64,000 bases of DNA, taken from positions 33,852,001 to 33,916,000 of the forward strand of contig OZ231126.1 of the NCBI GenBank assembly GCA_965153355.1, given 5' to 3'. The first letter of the stretch is position 1. Every line of letters begins with the position of its first letter. The DNA is from Flaccisagitta enflata (lineage: Eukaryota). Positions 36,871 through 50,439 of the stretch are shown here, piece by piece. The notes under the pieces are model-generated. The model had not been told where the DNA came from, did not search any database, and was given only the letters and a program-made list of their open reading frames with translations. Position numbers and translations under genes: made by a program.

Positions 36871-37914
36871 TGTAGAAGGAGTGAGGTACATATGTTAAAC
36901 ATATTAGCAAGTACTACAAATAATGACAGTAAAACAGAGCGACGGACAGACAGACAGAGAGACAGACGCAGAAGAAGAGAGAAACACAAAAAACAACAAA
37001 ATGAAGCATGACATACAGACGCGTGCACACAACTGGAAATGGTAAAGTGGCCTGTCAAATAAATAACAAGTTAAGCAGAATTGTATCGGCGGTTGTGTTT
37101 AAACCGAAACTCGTTAATCTTTCAAGAGCAATTATCGTAATTAAAATGACATGCCATTATTTTGGATTTAATTTACATGTTGTAAAACGAAAAGCTTTGC
37201 GAGTAAATGTAAAAAAGAATTTGCATATCGCAGTCAACCCAAAAGAACCATTAAAAAAGAATCACCGAAAACACTGTTCTGAAACGGCCATATCCAACAA
37301 TAATGAAAAAAAAAGGGAAAAAAATTGAAAATACGTAAAAGGTCATGGCTACAGCCAAATACCAGGAAGGTTTGGTTGATTGAAATGAAAGCAATGGCTC
37401 GTGAGAACAGTTCTTTAGTGTGGGTGCCAAAAGCAGCAGTGACAAAGTAGCTTGGGGAACATCCCGTTTTTGAGGGTGTGTAACATCTTGTATATGTTTG
37501 TGTGGCTGTTCCTAGCACGATATGTCGTTGGACATAATCTTGCTAGTACTGGAACAGTTGCTGCTAATATTGTGTTACTAAAAACCAGGGGAAAACTTAT
37601 TTGGCCAATTTTTTGCATATCACTACTGCTTAACAGACTCAGACAGGAAGGTAAAAAATTATTGGTAAAATACAATTTACCTTGAAACAGTGTATATACC
37701 GGCCGACGAGGTACTTTGTACGGTGAATGAGCACGTAAAGACGCGGTTAGTAATTAGGACCGACGCCCTCCTCCCAGAAGCATTGGAAGTTGTTGAAGGT
37801 GAATTGTTGGTTAGTTAAGGGGTCGGGAAGGGGAAACGTCGCTAAACCTGTGGAAAGAAAAAAAAATTAGGTAAGTAAAACGAGTTGAACAAGAAAAATT
37901 AATAAGTTTTATGT

Positions 37915-38050
37915 TGGGCACGACCGGCACCGCCAGCGGCCCGGGGACCGCCACCGGCACCGGCACGGGGACCGGCACCGCCACCGGCACGGGGACCGGC
38001 ACGGCCACCGGCACGTGGACCGCCACCGCCACCGGCACGTGAACCGCCAG
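37915..38050. repeat. GC-rich 6/12-bp tandem array (ACCGGC/ACCGCC/ACGGGG)
   Basis: Directly visible. The VPVAVP ORF here is a by-product. Confidence 0.85.
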
Positions 38051-41000
38051 GGGTTTAATCAGTGAAACGGTAACTTAACCCTAAGTAAACGATAAGTTAA
38101 CGATATCTTTCCCGATACATATAATGATTTTAACGATAAGTACAATGATAACCTAATTTTAACGTTTCATTGTTGTCTTCAGTCTTGATCCATTTTTACC
38201 CTGTCGTACATCTTTTCCATTTCCTACTTGTAATGTTGTTTTATCTAATTTGTATTTAAGACACAAACTATTACCCACGTCATTTTATGATAAGGTGTAA
38301 TGACACTTCAACATATTTCCTTATCCACTTACTGAACGGCTCGATGATCGGCTCCATTATCGTTCCACCCTCCTTCACGTTTTCGTTGAACGCAACTTGA
38401 GTCGTTTACGTCGATTTCATTTGTTAAGAAACAGTTAATTTTGACGTGGAAGTAAAATCAGTGTTTAAAGTCAATTAAAAACGAAGCCATTCTTTAATCT
38501 GCAAGGAAACGATAGTAATTAGTAAAGTTTTTCTAAAAAGGTAAAGAAATATCGGGTTCATCCTTGGGCTTAACTCCACGTCAGCAATTTTAGCGACAAA
38601 TCATCAAACGAGGCCGAATTATCGCAAAAAGATGAAATATCCGCGGCGTGAGCGAGACGCCGTCGACGAAGACTTTCCGTGGCGCATTTGATGAAGAAGC
38701 GACTGCCGTGTTAAGCATCGAGATAACGCTAATATTAACTATTTTTTACTAAAATTCGATACATAACGCAGATATGAACTATTTTTAACTAAATTTTTTT
38801 TTTTTAAAGTAATTTATTAATAATTATTTTTTAGTAACGTCGTTAATAAATTTGGCAGCATGCCGGCCACACCCGCGTAGAATATTTTTTTCATTTTTTA
38901 AATTCGCAAAAGTAGATATTTTATTTCCGACGCAGCGGTACGCTGAGCCGTGCTGCGCTGCTTCCCTGTGCTGCTGGTTGGGGCGAGCGGTTTCCGTCTA
39001 TAAACAAAAGAGCAAACTTCTTCCTTCTGCGCTGAAAGAAAATAGCTCGGTAGATGTCTGGTTTGCGTTCCCTTGATTTCGGCCAAACAAAAGAACAATA
39101 GGGCAAGTGAGAAAAATTACAAGTGTTTAGACTGAATAACAGTTATATTCTGAAAAACTTTTACCGACCGGCCTGCCAAAAAAAAAAAATTAAAGTTTCT
39201 TCAATAAAACTGTTATACATGAGGAAACTTTAACTTAAGAAAAATTAACCTTTTTTTTTTAGTCTTTTTCGCCAATATAATAAATATATAATTCAAAAAC
39301 TCTGTTTTTTTTTCGGAAGGTGGTTTTTTTTTATGTTTACCAAATATAATACTTATATTCTGTACATTAAAAAAAAATTTTTTAGCCAGTCTTTTTACTA
39401 TAATTGTTATATATGTGGGCCGAAAATTTTTTTTTAAAAATAGAGATTTTTTGCTCATACACATGCACTGCAAGCCAACCTGAAACTTTCCCAGTGGTAA
39501 AAAAGGCCGCACAACCTTTTAAGAGAAAAGTAGTGGTCGTGCTGTTTGTGTAATAGTTATATTTTTTTAATAGGCTTTTATTATTCGAACACAATTGATT
39601 TTTCGACTCCATTAACCTCCTCTATGTCATTCCCATTGTTGCTGTGATTCTGCGCTTGTTTGTTTTTAGTTGTTTTCGGAAGTACTGGTAAGTTTCAGTT
39701 TCTTTCGATATAATTATGTATAATGTCGGTGAAAATCGCTTTGCGGATGAATATAATAATTATACAAAATCGCAAGTATAATAATTGACCCACTAGATAT
39801 AATTTTCATAATAATTATTAGATTTCGAAAAGTTTTTTATGAGTGATGATTTTGAACTAGTTTTCAGCTTAAAAACAAGATGGTTTTGTAATTTTCTGTT
39901 CGTTTGCGCCATGACTTATCCGCAATGAATTACAAATCAACAAAACTGTAGTCCAGCTAACCCTTCAGGGAAATTATCCAAACTATCTGTCGTAGAAAAG
40001 GCGCAGTAGAATGCAAATACCAGAGACATGGCTTTTTCTTCAACCAATTTTCATGACACCAGTTTCAATCAATGATAACTTCTCTATTGTTTGACCGATA
40101 TAAACCTGCCTGATGGCAATGTCTTCATTTTTTAATATTGTTTTTTAGTTGCGGACACGCAACTCTATAAGAGGCTTTGTCCGTCCGTCCGTCCGTTGGT
40201 CCGTTGGTCCGTTGGTCCGCCGTCGGTCCGTGAACACGGTCGATAAAGTAGAAAACGAGCGTTTTGGAGTCATTCTGTGCATGTGAGTGGAGGACTTGGG
40301 GTGTGGATGGGGCTTTGATGCCCCTGCCCACCCGTCCGCAACAATATTGTGACCCTGCGTCACTTGTTCTTATATTTTGTCTTGATCTTATTCTATAATT
40401 CATTATCAATTACATGAGATCTGAATGAGATCACATCACATCATGAGCAGCACTTTGATACAAATTATCAACATTGAAGCATTTCAAAGAAGAAAATTAA
40501 ACCGAGAAGATGCGTCTAAATTGAATGTCTGGCCCGTCACCAATCATTGTTAACAAAATATAGAAATAAAGAAATGCATGATATCCCATTCATCATGAAA
40601 CAAGCATGAATCAATCGATTGTTCTGACGCTTATCATTGTTGACAAAATAAAGAAATGGAACAACGAATTCTATTTCATCAAGTAGATAAGCATGAATTG
40701 ATAGTTCCATTGTTAATTATTGTTGACATAATACAGAAATAAAACAGTAATTTCCATTTTTTATGATGATTAGCACAAGGGTTGTTCTGTCAATAATTGT
40801 CCTTGACGATAAAATAGAAGCAATGGATTCTTTTTTATTTCATGATTTATTTGGATTTCATCAAAATCAACATCAACTATCGAGCTAAAACCAACAATTT
40901 TAGGACATTCTGGACGTTTTTAGTCGCGTGCACGCGACTCTTCACTTTGCCTTGTCAGTCCGTAGGTCGGTCCAGTCAGCAAATCCGTCCGTCCAAGTGG

Positions 41001-41410
41001 TCTCACTTTACTTTTTTTTATGATTTTTATCTTTGAACCTCACTGCTCCTACCTCTGGTAGTCTAGTGACCTCAAATATGGCCCCTGCCCACCCGCACGC
41101 GACTGGGGTAGCCGTGTACCATTAGGTTTAAAAGCCCTGATTACAGTTCACAGAAAGGTAAGAGATTCATAACAAAACAAAAGAAGTTTTATTCAATTAA
41201 ATCGTAAAATTCTTTGATATAGTCCAAAGTTGCTACAATCTCACTGGCCCAGAGATATCTTTTGTCTCTTCATATATCCAAGCAGAAAATGATATGTAAG
41301 TCAATACTTAGCTGACCAGTTCGGTTTGAGAAAAAAAATTGGTCTTCATGCCTAATGATCCTTGTTTTGTTTCACGTCCATGGACAACAACCAAGTGTTT
41401 TGCACAGACT

Positions 41411-44400
41411 TTAATTTCTGGGCCTTGTAAGCACCACAGACAGGGTTATGGCTACAATGGTACAGATAAGAAATAAAACGGTTCCGTGTATGACCACAAA
41501 CCGTTTCGCTTTGACAAGTCTCTCTTTGTCTCCTCGGTACTGACGTCGCTTGATGATGTCAGAGTATGCCCAGAGAAGAAAGAATCCAAACATTGGAATG
41601 CAAATACACATCATGATGAAGAATATCCAAATCCACCTTGGAAACGCCTCCTCTGCCGGGATGATGTCCTCCTCACGAATGAACCAATACTAGAGTGAAC
41701 AATAGGGTTGTCGGGGATGAGGGTCAAATTTCAAAAAAGTGATATACTCTAGTTTATTGCATAATTGTACAAAACTAGAAGATTCTCTCTCAAGTTGAGG
41801 TCTGAATTTGAAGATGAAACCATATCGGTAACACTATGGGCTTCCTATGGCGGTGAAATAATACCCATAGTAAGCCTATGCTGTTGCCGACAAGGTCTCA
41901 CACCCCAGCTTGTAAGAAATCCTTCTTTTACAGGTTGTTTGTGCATAGGGCCCGAGTATATCAATATAGAATAGCTCTGTGTTATTTTTGCGCTTGTTTT
42001 TACGGTCACTTTATTGTTGACAAATATAAAAAACTCATATATGAAATTTGACCAAATTCCCGACCACCCTAATGAACAAGGCCAACACGTGTAAGTTGGG
42101 TGCGAGACTTACATAATTTCTTGATTACACCAACAATCACCTAAAATCATCATTAATTACAAAATAACCTTAAGCATGTTACCTATAAACCTATGAAATG
42201 GCCTAAAATATCTTAAGACTTGAAATGGCCTAGAATCAAAATGGCCCTAAATGACTTAAAATGACCAAAAATAACTTAGAATGACTTAAATGACAAAAAT
42301 AACAAAAAATGACTTGAGAACACGACATAAAACAACTTAAATTACCTTAAAATTGACTAAAATGGAAAATTCAGAATGACTTTGAATGACTTCAAATAAC
42401 TTAGAATGAATCAATGACTAAGAATAACCTAAAATGATTTAAATTGACCTTAAATAAATCAAAATACCTGAAATGGCTTAGAAAAACTTAACATCGCCAT
42501 TGATATAAACAATGTAAGAAACAAAACAGATAAAATGAAGAAAATAACTAAAAATGACTTCAATGACCTAGAATGACCCTATATGACTTTAAATGACCAT
42601 AAAGCATTTAAATCAACTGTGAATAACCGTAATTGATTAAAAATGACATATCGTAAATGAAAAAATTTACAACCATCTTGGCGGAAAGAAATGCGACGGC
42701 TGCCAAAAGTATTATCAACTTTGGAGGAGTTCTGCTTCTTATCGAATAATGTCACAGACTCCAGATTGATCCCATTTAAAGGTCTGTATTAAACCTTTAT
42801 GATAAGACCATGCCCAAGACTGCAGCTTTATTTGTTAAGGGGCAGCACTTTTCCAAAATTGATGCTACTTTAAGCAACTGTCTCTTTTATTTCCGCCAAG
42901 ATAGTAAAATGACAAAAATGACTTAGAATGACTAAGAATGACTTAAAATGACGTAAAGAAATAAAATTGATAAAAAGTAAAAGTGTGACGAACCGAACAA
43001 TGGACGGATAAACGGACTAAGCGGGGTGTAGAGTCACGAGCATGCGACTAAAATAAAGAACAAAAGGTCAAACTCGCGTGCATGCGACTCTATAGCCCGC
43101 TGTCTGTCGATCCATTGGTCAGATGGTTGATTGGTCCCCATTTTACTTTTTTTTATGTTTCTGCGATCTTTGGCCTCTCAGCTCCTCCCAAAATGCTCTA
43201 GTAACCTTAAATCCTGCCCAGCCTTGTTAAGGTTGCAAAGTGACTCAATATTATTCTCCGTCTGCCCATATGTCCATTGGTCCATCTGTCTGTCCATCTG
43301 TCCATTCGTTGTTCCGTAACATATGTTTAAGATACTGTAGATGTCGTCTAGACTTGGAAATACGGGGGAATTCATTACAGGAAGACAAATAAAGTTAAGA
43401 GAGTGATATTTGGAATATAAACTAATAAAAGGATGCTTTATTGCCCATGTGTGTTGGTTGCCATGGAAACACATTTCCATGTATTTACGCTAAAGTATCA
43501 ATTTTTTGAGAAATTTTTTGAGGGAACATTGTTTAAAATAAGATTTGCTACAACTTTCCCACAGTATGTTCTGTAAGAATATGTGCTGGTTTGGCGGTTG
43601 CTAGGGAGCATCACAGGGCTGTCACACATAGTTACGCTCCCTAGCAACGGCTAAACGAGCAATATTCTTACAGAACATACTGTGGGAAAGTTGTAAAAAT
43701 CTCTCAAAATTTTATTTTAAACAATATTTAAAAAAAAATTCTCAAAATATTGATACTTTAGCGTGAATACCGTATTTCTTGCATTTATCGCCCTCCCTCT
43801 AATTATCGCCCCCCCTTTTTTCATTAAATAATAAGCTCATGGAAAAAATGATTTTTTGTATAAATCTTGAAAGATTCATTGGAAATAAGATGTTTTGGCA
43901 AAAAAACATATGAGAACAAGACACAATTCTACAAAATATCCACTGATCCAAAATATTCACTGATTTGAATCATAAAAAAATTGTTAAAAAGTGTGAATTT
44001 CATAAAACATTATTCAGACATTAGTGAAAAGGGCGCGCTAATTGCAGGTTTAAAATAACAATGTTTCATTTCAATTTCAAAGGCGCCCGGGGCGTTAATT
44101 ACAAGAAATACGGTACATGGAAATCTGTTTCCATGGCAACCAACACCCATGGGCAACAAAACATCCTTTTATTAGTCTATATTCCAAATTTCAGTCTCTT
44201 AAGTAAATTTGTCTTCCTGTAGTGAATTCCCCCTTATCTCCAAATCTAGTTGACATCTACTGTATGTGTTTATAAACATATCAATATATCAATATATCAA
44301 TGCATATATCAATACACACACACATAAGAAGCTGGGAAGCAGAAGTGGTGAAAGTGGCATGAAAACAGACCGCTTAGGCGTTTAGGTATCCCTAGTTTTT

Positions 44401-47400
44401 TTGTTCAATCATTTGATGGTTATTTCTATTCGCGTGCTTCGCGACTCTACACCCCGCTTTGTCTGTCAGTCGGTTGATCTGTCACATTTCACTTTTTTTA
44501 TGTTTTTTATTCTTTGACCTAACTGCTCCTGCCCAAATGCTCTAGTAACTTAAAATATGGCCCCTGCCCACCCGCACGCGACTGGTGTAGCCGTGTATCC
44601 GGCCTTGTTGATCACTGATCAACAACCACCACAACAACAACAAAACCAATATAATGAATCTAAAACAACAAAAACACCATTTTCCTACCAGGTTACTTAT
44701 TAAGTGTTGAGATTGAGGATTCAGATTCAGGTCCATTTCCGGGGGAAAGGGTGTCTCCTCGCCAGGACGAACAATTCTGATGCTGCAACATGCTTGCCAA
44801 TTTTGAACGATTCCAACGTAGCCTGGTGGGGGCGTCTGTTGGAATTTTAATTGAGTCACTTTTGATTCCACCCTCTCACTGCACTTTGTTCCTCGGTTTT
44901 TACGTCGCATGCACGCGACTCTACAACCTGCTGTCCATCTTTCGGTAACACTTCTTTTTTTTGGTCGCGGACTAGCGACTCTATAAGAGGCTTTGTCCGT
45001 CCGTCCGTCCGTCAGTTGGATTGGTCGGTTGGTCAGTTGGTTGGTCAGTCCGTCACGCTCGAGAGTCGAAAGTGGGAAAACACGCATTCCGCCTGCCCTG
45101 TCGCAGCTGGTATTGTAATGTATCGGCTAGCTTGTTTTTGTCGTTTTACGCCATTTTAAGTCATTTTAAGACATTTAAATATGTTCAAAGTTAATTTTAG
45201 TCTCGTAGTCTCTTAGTCTCTTAGTCTTTCGGTCTCTTAGTTCTTTGGTCTTAAAGTATTTTGGTCTTATAGTATTTTGGTCTCTTAGTATTTTGGTCTT
45301 ATAGTATTTTGGTCTTATGGTCTAAACAACCGCACGCGACTGTAAGGTCTTGGCCATGTTTTTTATCTCCCATAGAATATTGAGTCGTTACAATTTCAGT
45401 TGTATAAGTGTCAAATTGTGTCAGTCGGTGGTTGCATTCAGTCACGTAACGCTGAGTTAAGAAAATCTCGAAAGAAGCGAAAATCACTGAAATGATTAGA
45501 ATATGCTGGAATAGTTTTTTGATGCCTTAACATCTCTATAGTAGCTCTGTCCGTCATTCACGTCATCGTCAGTGCCAGAATGAAAAATCGCTAGAAATGT
45601 TTGAAATCAATAGAAAACTCATTTCGTTCATCATAAATGATACTTATATATCATAGATGATACTAATATATCATAAATGATATCATATATATCATATCAT
45701 ATATATCATATATATCATCATACATATCATCATATATATATATATATATATATATCTATATATATATATATCATATATATATCATATATATATCCAATAT
45801 CATATATACATATATATATATGCATGTGTATCATATTTCATATCATGTATCATATCGTATATCATATGATATATGATATGATATATCAGATCATGTATCA
45901 TATCATATATCATATCATATATCATATCATATATCATATCATATATCATATCATATATCAGATCACATATCCTGTCATATATCCTGTCATATATCATATC
46001 ATATATCAAATCATATACCGTATATCAAATCATGTGCCGTATATCATATCATTTATATCATATATATCATGTATATATATATATATATATCTTATATCAT
46101 ATCCTATATCATATCCTATATCATATCATATATCATATATCATATCATATCATATATCATATCATATATCATATCATATCATATCATAAATCATATTATA
46201 TATCATATCATATATCATATCATATGTCATATCGTATATCATATATCATATCATATCATATATCATATCATATATCATATATATATCATATATCATATCA
46301 TATCATATATATCATATATTGTATCATATATCATATCATAAATCATATCATGTATATCATATCATATATCATATATCATATCATATCATATATCATATCA
46401 TATATCATATCATATCATATATCATATCATATATCATGTCTCTCATATATATATCATATATATATCATATCATATATATCATTATATATGTATATATACA
46501 TATATGTAAATGATACTAATATAATCCTTCACAGTCTTATAGAGGCACAGGGGATAGGTCAGGATGGAGGTCTGGTGATGGGTCGGATAGGTCTTAGGAT
46601 AAGTCAAGTAGAGCTAGGGATAGGTCTGATAGAGCTGGTGATAGGTCCTATAGAGCTAGGAATGGTCTGATAGAAGGCACTCAGGATAAACATAGAGAGC
46701 TCAGGATAGGTCTTATAAAGCTAGGAATGGTCTGATTGAGCTAGGGATAGGTCTGAATGGATAAAGCTCGGCGCATCGTCTTGGACCGTGTAATAATGCC
46801 CAGCAGGATAGGTCTGGTAGAGCTAGGAATGGTCTGATAGAGCTAGAAATAGGTCTGATAGAGCTAGGGATAGCTTTGAATAAATAACGCTCGGCGCACC
46901 GTCTTGGCCCGTGTATCCGGCCTTGTTTATCTCCCATAGAATATTGAGTCGTTACAATTTCAGTTGTATAAGTGTCAAATTGTGTCATAGACTCAAAAGT
47001 GACCATGTTTAATGTTTTAACACTACCAAAGGTATTGAGTAGTGGATATCCTCCGTTATTCTTTTAAATCTTTTTTCCCCCCTTTAATTCCTATCCCTAT
47101 TTCCAGACCCTTAGTTACAGTTCCGCCCCTCCCCCCCCTTCCCCGCCCCTAAATTGGCGGGGGTAACTCAACCATATACACATCCCTGTCGGAAACTAGT
47201 AGGAAGGACGATCTTGCCCACAGCACTAGACTGTGGCTGGATGGTGATGACTTGTTGACCACCGACGTTGCCATAAGCCACACCACCGACGTTACCATAA
47301 GCCACACCACCACTCTGCAATTACAAAGAACTTCATTTCAAACAAAATTTGGCGCGGTAGATCTTATCAAAAAACTTGGGAAAAATAGGGGGGCATGCGC

Positions 47401-48711
47401 AGCGCGAGGCTTTAGAGTAGATAATACTGAGGGGTTCAGTAAAAGCTGTATTCATCGCTACAGACGGCTTACAGGGTGTTTCACATCAAATGAAATATAA
47501 GAAAACAATGTCATTCTGCTTTTGAAAATGAGAGAATAATTCTGAAAAAAGATTTTAAGAGCTCTTACACTCCGATTTTTCATGTAAAAATTGCATGGGT
47601 ATAAGTTAAATAGCTTGGCCATAACATTGATGTGAAGAATAATGAATATTTAGAGACAATGTTTTTTCTTTCTTAGAAGTTTTCCTTCAAATTGTTTTCA
47701 CTTCTAAACAGCTTGTGTAACAGATCCCAGATCGATCTCAATTTAAAGATATTCAAATTTTCTTTCATCTGAGTCCAATCTGGCAACTGTAGGTCAAACC
47801 GTTTTGAAGTATGAGCAATTTAAAGATAAACATTTTGGATACAAAAACAGTAAATAATCATTTTACTTCAAATCCATGTTTTGGCCAGACTACTTAACTC
47901 AGACCAATGAAATTTTTACATGAAAAATTGGAGCTAAAAATTATATGAATCTAAAAATTATATGAATTTTTTTTTTAAAATTGTTTTTTTCAATTTTAGA
48001 GACACAATGGCATCGTGTTCTCATATTTCATTTGATGTGAAACACCCTGTAGTAACACGTCTTCTCACGTAACTACGTACGTATAATGTAGCAGTGTGAC
48101 TTCAATCTCTTGTCTATTCATAGAAATTAGTGATGTCAAAGAATTTTGATTGGCGCCATCTGAACAACCATGATTATTGATTAAGTTTGTTTACCCTTTC
48201 GAATTGTTAATTCAATTGCTAATTGGTAATTGTAAATTTCAAATTTCGAATTTCAAATTTCAAATTTCAAATTTCAAATTTCAAATTTCAAATTGTAAAT
48301 TGTAAATTGTAAATTGCAAATTGCAAATTGCAAATTGCAAATTGCAAATTGCAAATTGCAAATTACAAATTACAAATTACAAATTGTAAATTGTAAATTG
48401 TTAATTGTTAATTATTGATTGTTAAATTTCTTGCGCATTAACTTTCAGAACAAAGACTTCAATTTTTAGTCGCGGACACGCGACTCTAGAACTCGCCGTG
48501 TCGTCCTGTTGGTCGGTCGGTCGGTCATTTTTCTGTTTTTCGCTCCTGCCCACTCGTGCGGGGGGAGTGTATACAGCCTTGTTTTCAAACCATTCAAATG
48601 AAAATTGTTCCAATCCGTAAATGAATCACAAAATCTTACCTGATTGGCCAAGAACATATTCCCGGGGACAGTTGGTCCATTGACAAAAGCATTATTGGCG
48701 TATCCACTCAT
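41411..48711 (-). CDS. CD225/dispanin-like (IFITM/PRRT-type) membrane protein, 3 coding exons (48711-48640, 44835-44689, 41689-41411; ~165 aa)
   Basis: Phase-0 GT-AG junctions give MSGYANNAF...ANQ|TPPPGY...ISNL|YWFIREEDIIPAEEAFPRWIWIFFIMMCICIPMFGFFLLWAYSDIIKRRQYRGDKERLVKAKRFVVIHGTVLFLICTIVAITLSVVLTRPRN*. Two hydrophobic segments flank a GD loop. AATAAA lies near 41190. The last exon is the best supported. Confidence 0.55.
43334..44261. mobile_element. Palindromic (foldback) MITE of the same TIR family as 9001-9500, carrying a nested MITE
   Basis: The arms are complementary around a centre near 43620. Termini read GTAGATGTCGTCTAGACTTGGA and TCCAAATCTAGTTGACATCTACTG|TA. Confidence 0.85.
43770..44113. 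mobile_element. Nested Tc1/mariner-type MITE with TA TSD
   Basis: TA|CCGTATTTCTTG ... CAAGAAATACGG|TA interrupts the right arm of the foldback element. Confidence 0.85.
45640..46520. repeat. (ATATC)n-type simple satellite, about 0.9 kb
   Basis: Directly visible. Confidence 0.95.
46545..46880. repeat. Degenerate ~20-bp minisatellite (GAGCTAGGGATAGGTCTGATA)
   Basis: Directly visible. Confidence 0.8.
47472..48049. mobile_element. Tc1/mariner-type MITE with TA TSD
   Basis: TA|CAGGGTGTTTCACATCAAATGAAATAT ... ATATTTCATTTGATGTGAAACACCCTG|TA. Confidence 0.9.
48230..48410. repeat. 7-bp tandem repeat (TCAAATT/GCAAATT/ACAAATT)
   Basis: Directly visible, with the variants arranged in blocks. Confidence 0.9.
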
Positions 48712-48758
48712 TTGCACGTTGGGCTGTACTGCCTGTGGCCAAATCAGATGGTCATTAA

Positions 48759-49368
48759 GTCGGGGTGCAAACAAAGGCAAAGTTTCGGTTTCAGTAACTT
48801 TTTATAACTATATTCATGAGCATGATGTAATTTTTTAAATAAAATTTATAGTTATGTATTTTATTGTTATCTTACTAGTGAAAGAAAACCTAGTAAAATT
48901 AAGGGATTGCTTTGTTGTATTCACAAAGATAAGAAATAATCACTGAAAGTAATAGATTCCTTGAAAATTGTAGAGCAAAAATTCAAAACCTGTGAAGGGA
49001 AAATTCTAAGTCTTTAACAAATTGAATAATTTTGCATTTCTAAAAACATGGCCCTCATCTTATATGTTCTTAGAATGAGGCCATGTTTTCGAAAATGCAA
49101 AATTTTGTATTTAGAGAGAGTCTTAGAATTTTCCCTAAGACTGGTCAGGTTGCAAAATCAAATTTTTTATAGAATACCTGTTCTTTTTCTCCCCTTTTTA
49201 CTTGCTCAGCACTCTCTTTTTTAACTGCAAATGATCTTCTATGCAAAACTAAAATAAATATAATATAATAATTATATTCTTTAGTGAAAATAATCAAAAT
49301 CAGTAAAATTAAGAATATTGAAAATATTGTTTTGACCCCTCAAATTTGGTCTTCGTTTGCACCTCGAC
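48759..49368. mobile_element. Non-autonomous TIR element flanked by TTAA
   Basis: TTAA|GTCGGGGTGCAAACAAAG ... CTTCGTTTGCACCTCGAC|TTAA. The superfamily is uncertain (Kolobok- or piggyBac-type target). Confidence 0.75.
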
Positions 49369-50357
49369 TTAAAACTCATTATCAATATATCCATCCATGT
49401 GCATGTTGGGCGGTACTGCCTGTGGTTTGATCAGATGCGACATTATTTATGTATACATAACATTCATTTGCACATTGGGCAATACTGCCTGAAGAATTAT
49501 CAGATGTGTCATCGAGTGTGTTTCTAGTAACGACAAGAATCTCGATGGTTCCCGTGAAACATGATTTTGGGGTGAACACAGATTCAACAGTCCCACGAGG
49601 GAGTGAGCAAAGTGAGTGAGCGAGCCTGTGAAAAGAGCGAGCGAGCGAAGCAAGCGTAGCAAATCAGAGCGCTGCGGATTGAGTGAGCAGAGTGCGCGGT
49701 GCGAGCAAACGAACATGGCGAGCGACCGAGTGGCTTTTTCAAAACGCGATTGTCACGACTAAAAACAGGCCCAGTATCATTACATCCACCCATTTGCACG
49801 TAGGCGGAACTGCTTCTTGTATAATCAGATGCGTCACAATTGCTGTATCCACCCATATGCATACCAGGATTTTAAGGTCAGGAAAATTCAGCACCAAGAA
49901 TTATCCAATCAGTTTTTTTTTTATCTTTGATCACTAATTAAGATCTTTGCATGTTATTGTGTTGTTAAGGATAAATGGAACACTGACTTCTGTGCAAGAA
50001 ATTATGAGCAAGTTAAGGAATTTCGTTTTAGTCGCGTGCACGCGACTCTACAACTTATTCTGTCTGTCGGTTGGTCTGTCTGTCAGTCGGCAACGCTTTG
50101 CTTCGTCGTTTTACGTCATTATAAGTCATTTTTAGTTATCTAAAGTTATTTTTAGTCAATTTACATTTAGTCTCTTAGTCTTGTGGTCTTATGGTCAACC
50201 GATTTCAGGCCTTACGTAACATTAAAAAAAGAATCAACATATTATGAACATTGACTCTAACTTTTATGATGTTAGCTTTCAATTTACTCGCATTTTACTC
50301 TGGTTGAAAGAGAGAGAGAGAGTAGAGAGAGAGAGAGAGAGAGTAGAGAGAGAGAGA

Positions 50358-50439
<82 letters not shown>

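Larger units (their letters stand above)
17340..39646 (-). mobile_element. Giant cargo-carrying CMC/EnSpm (CACTA-like) DNA transposon, about 22 kb; boundaries approximate
   Basis: Contains an EnSpm-type transposase and ORF2-like gene plus co-oriented cargo genes. It lacks the HINEs, MITEs and long dinucleotide tracts that fill both flanks. TIRs and TSD were not identified. Confidence 0.65.
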
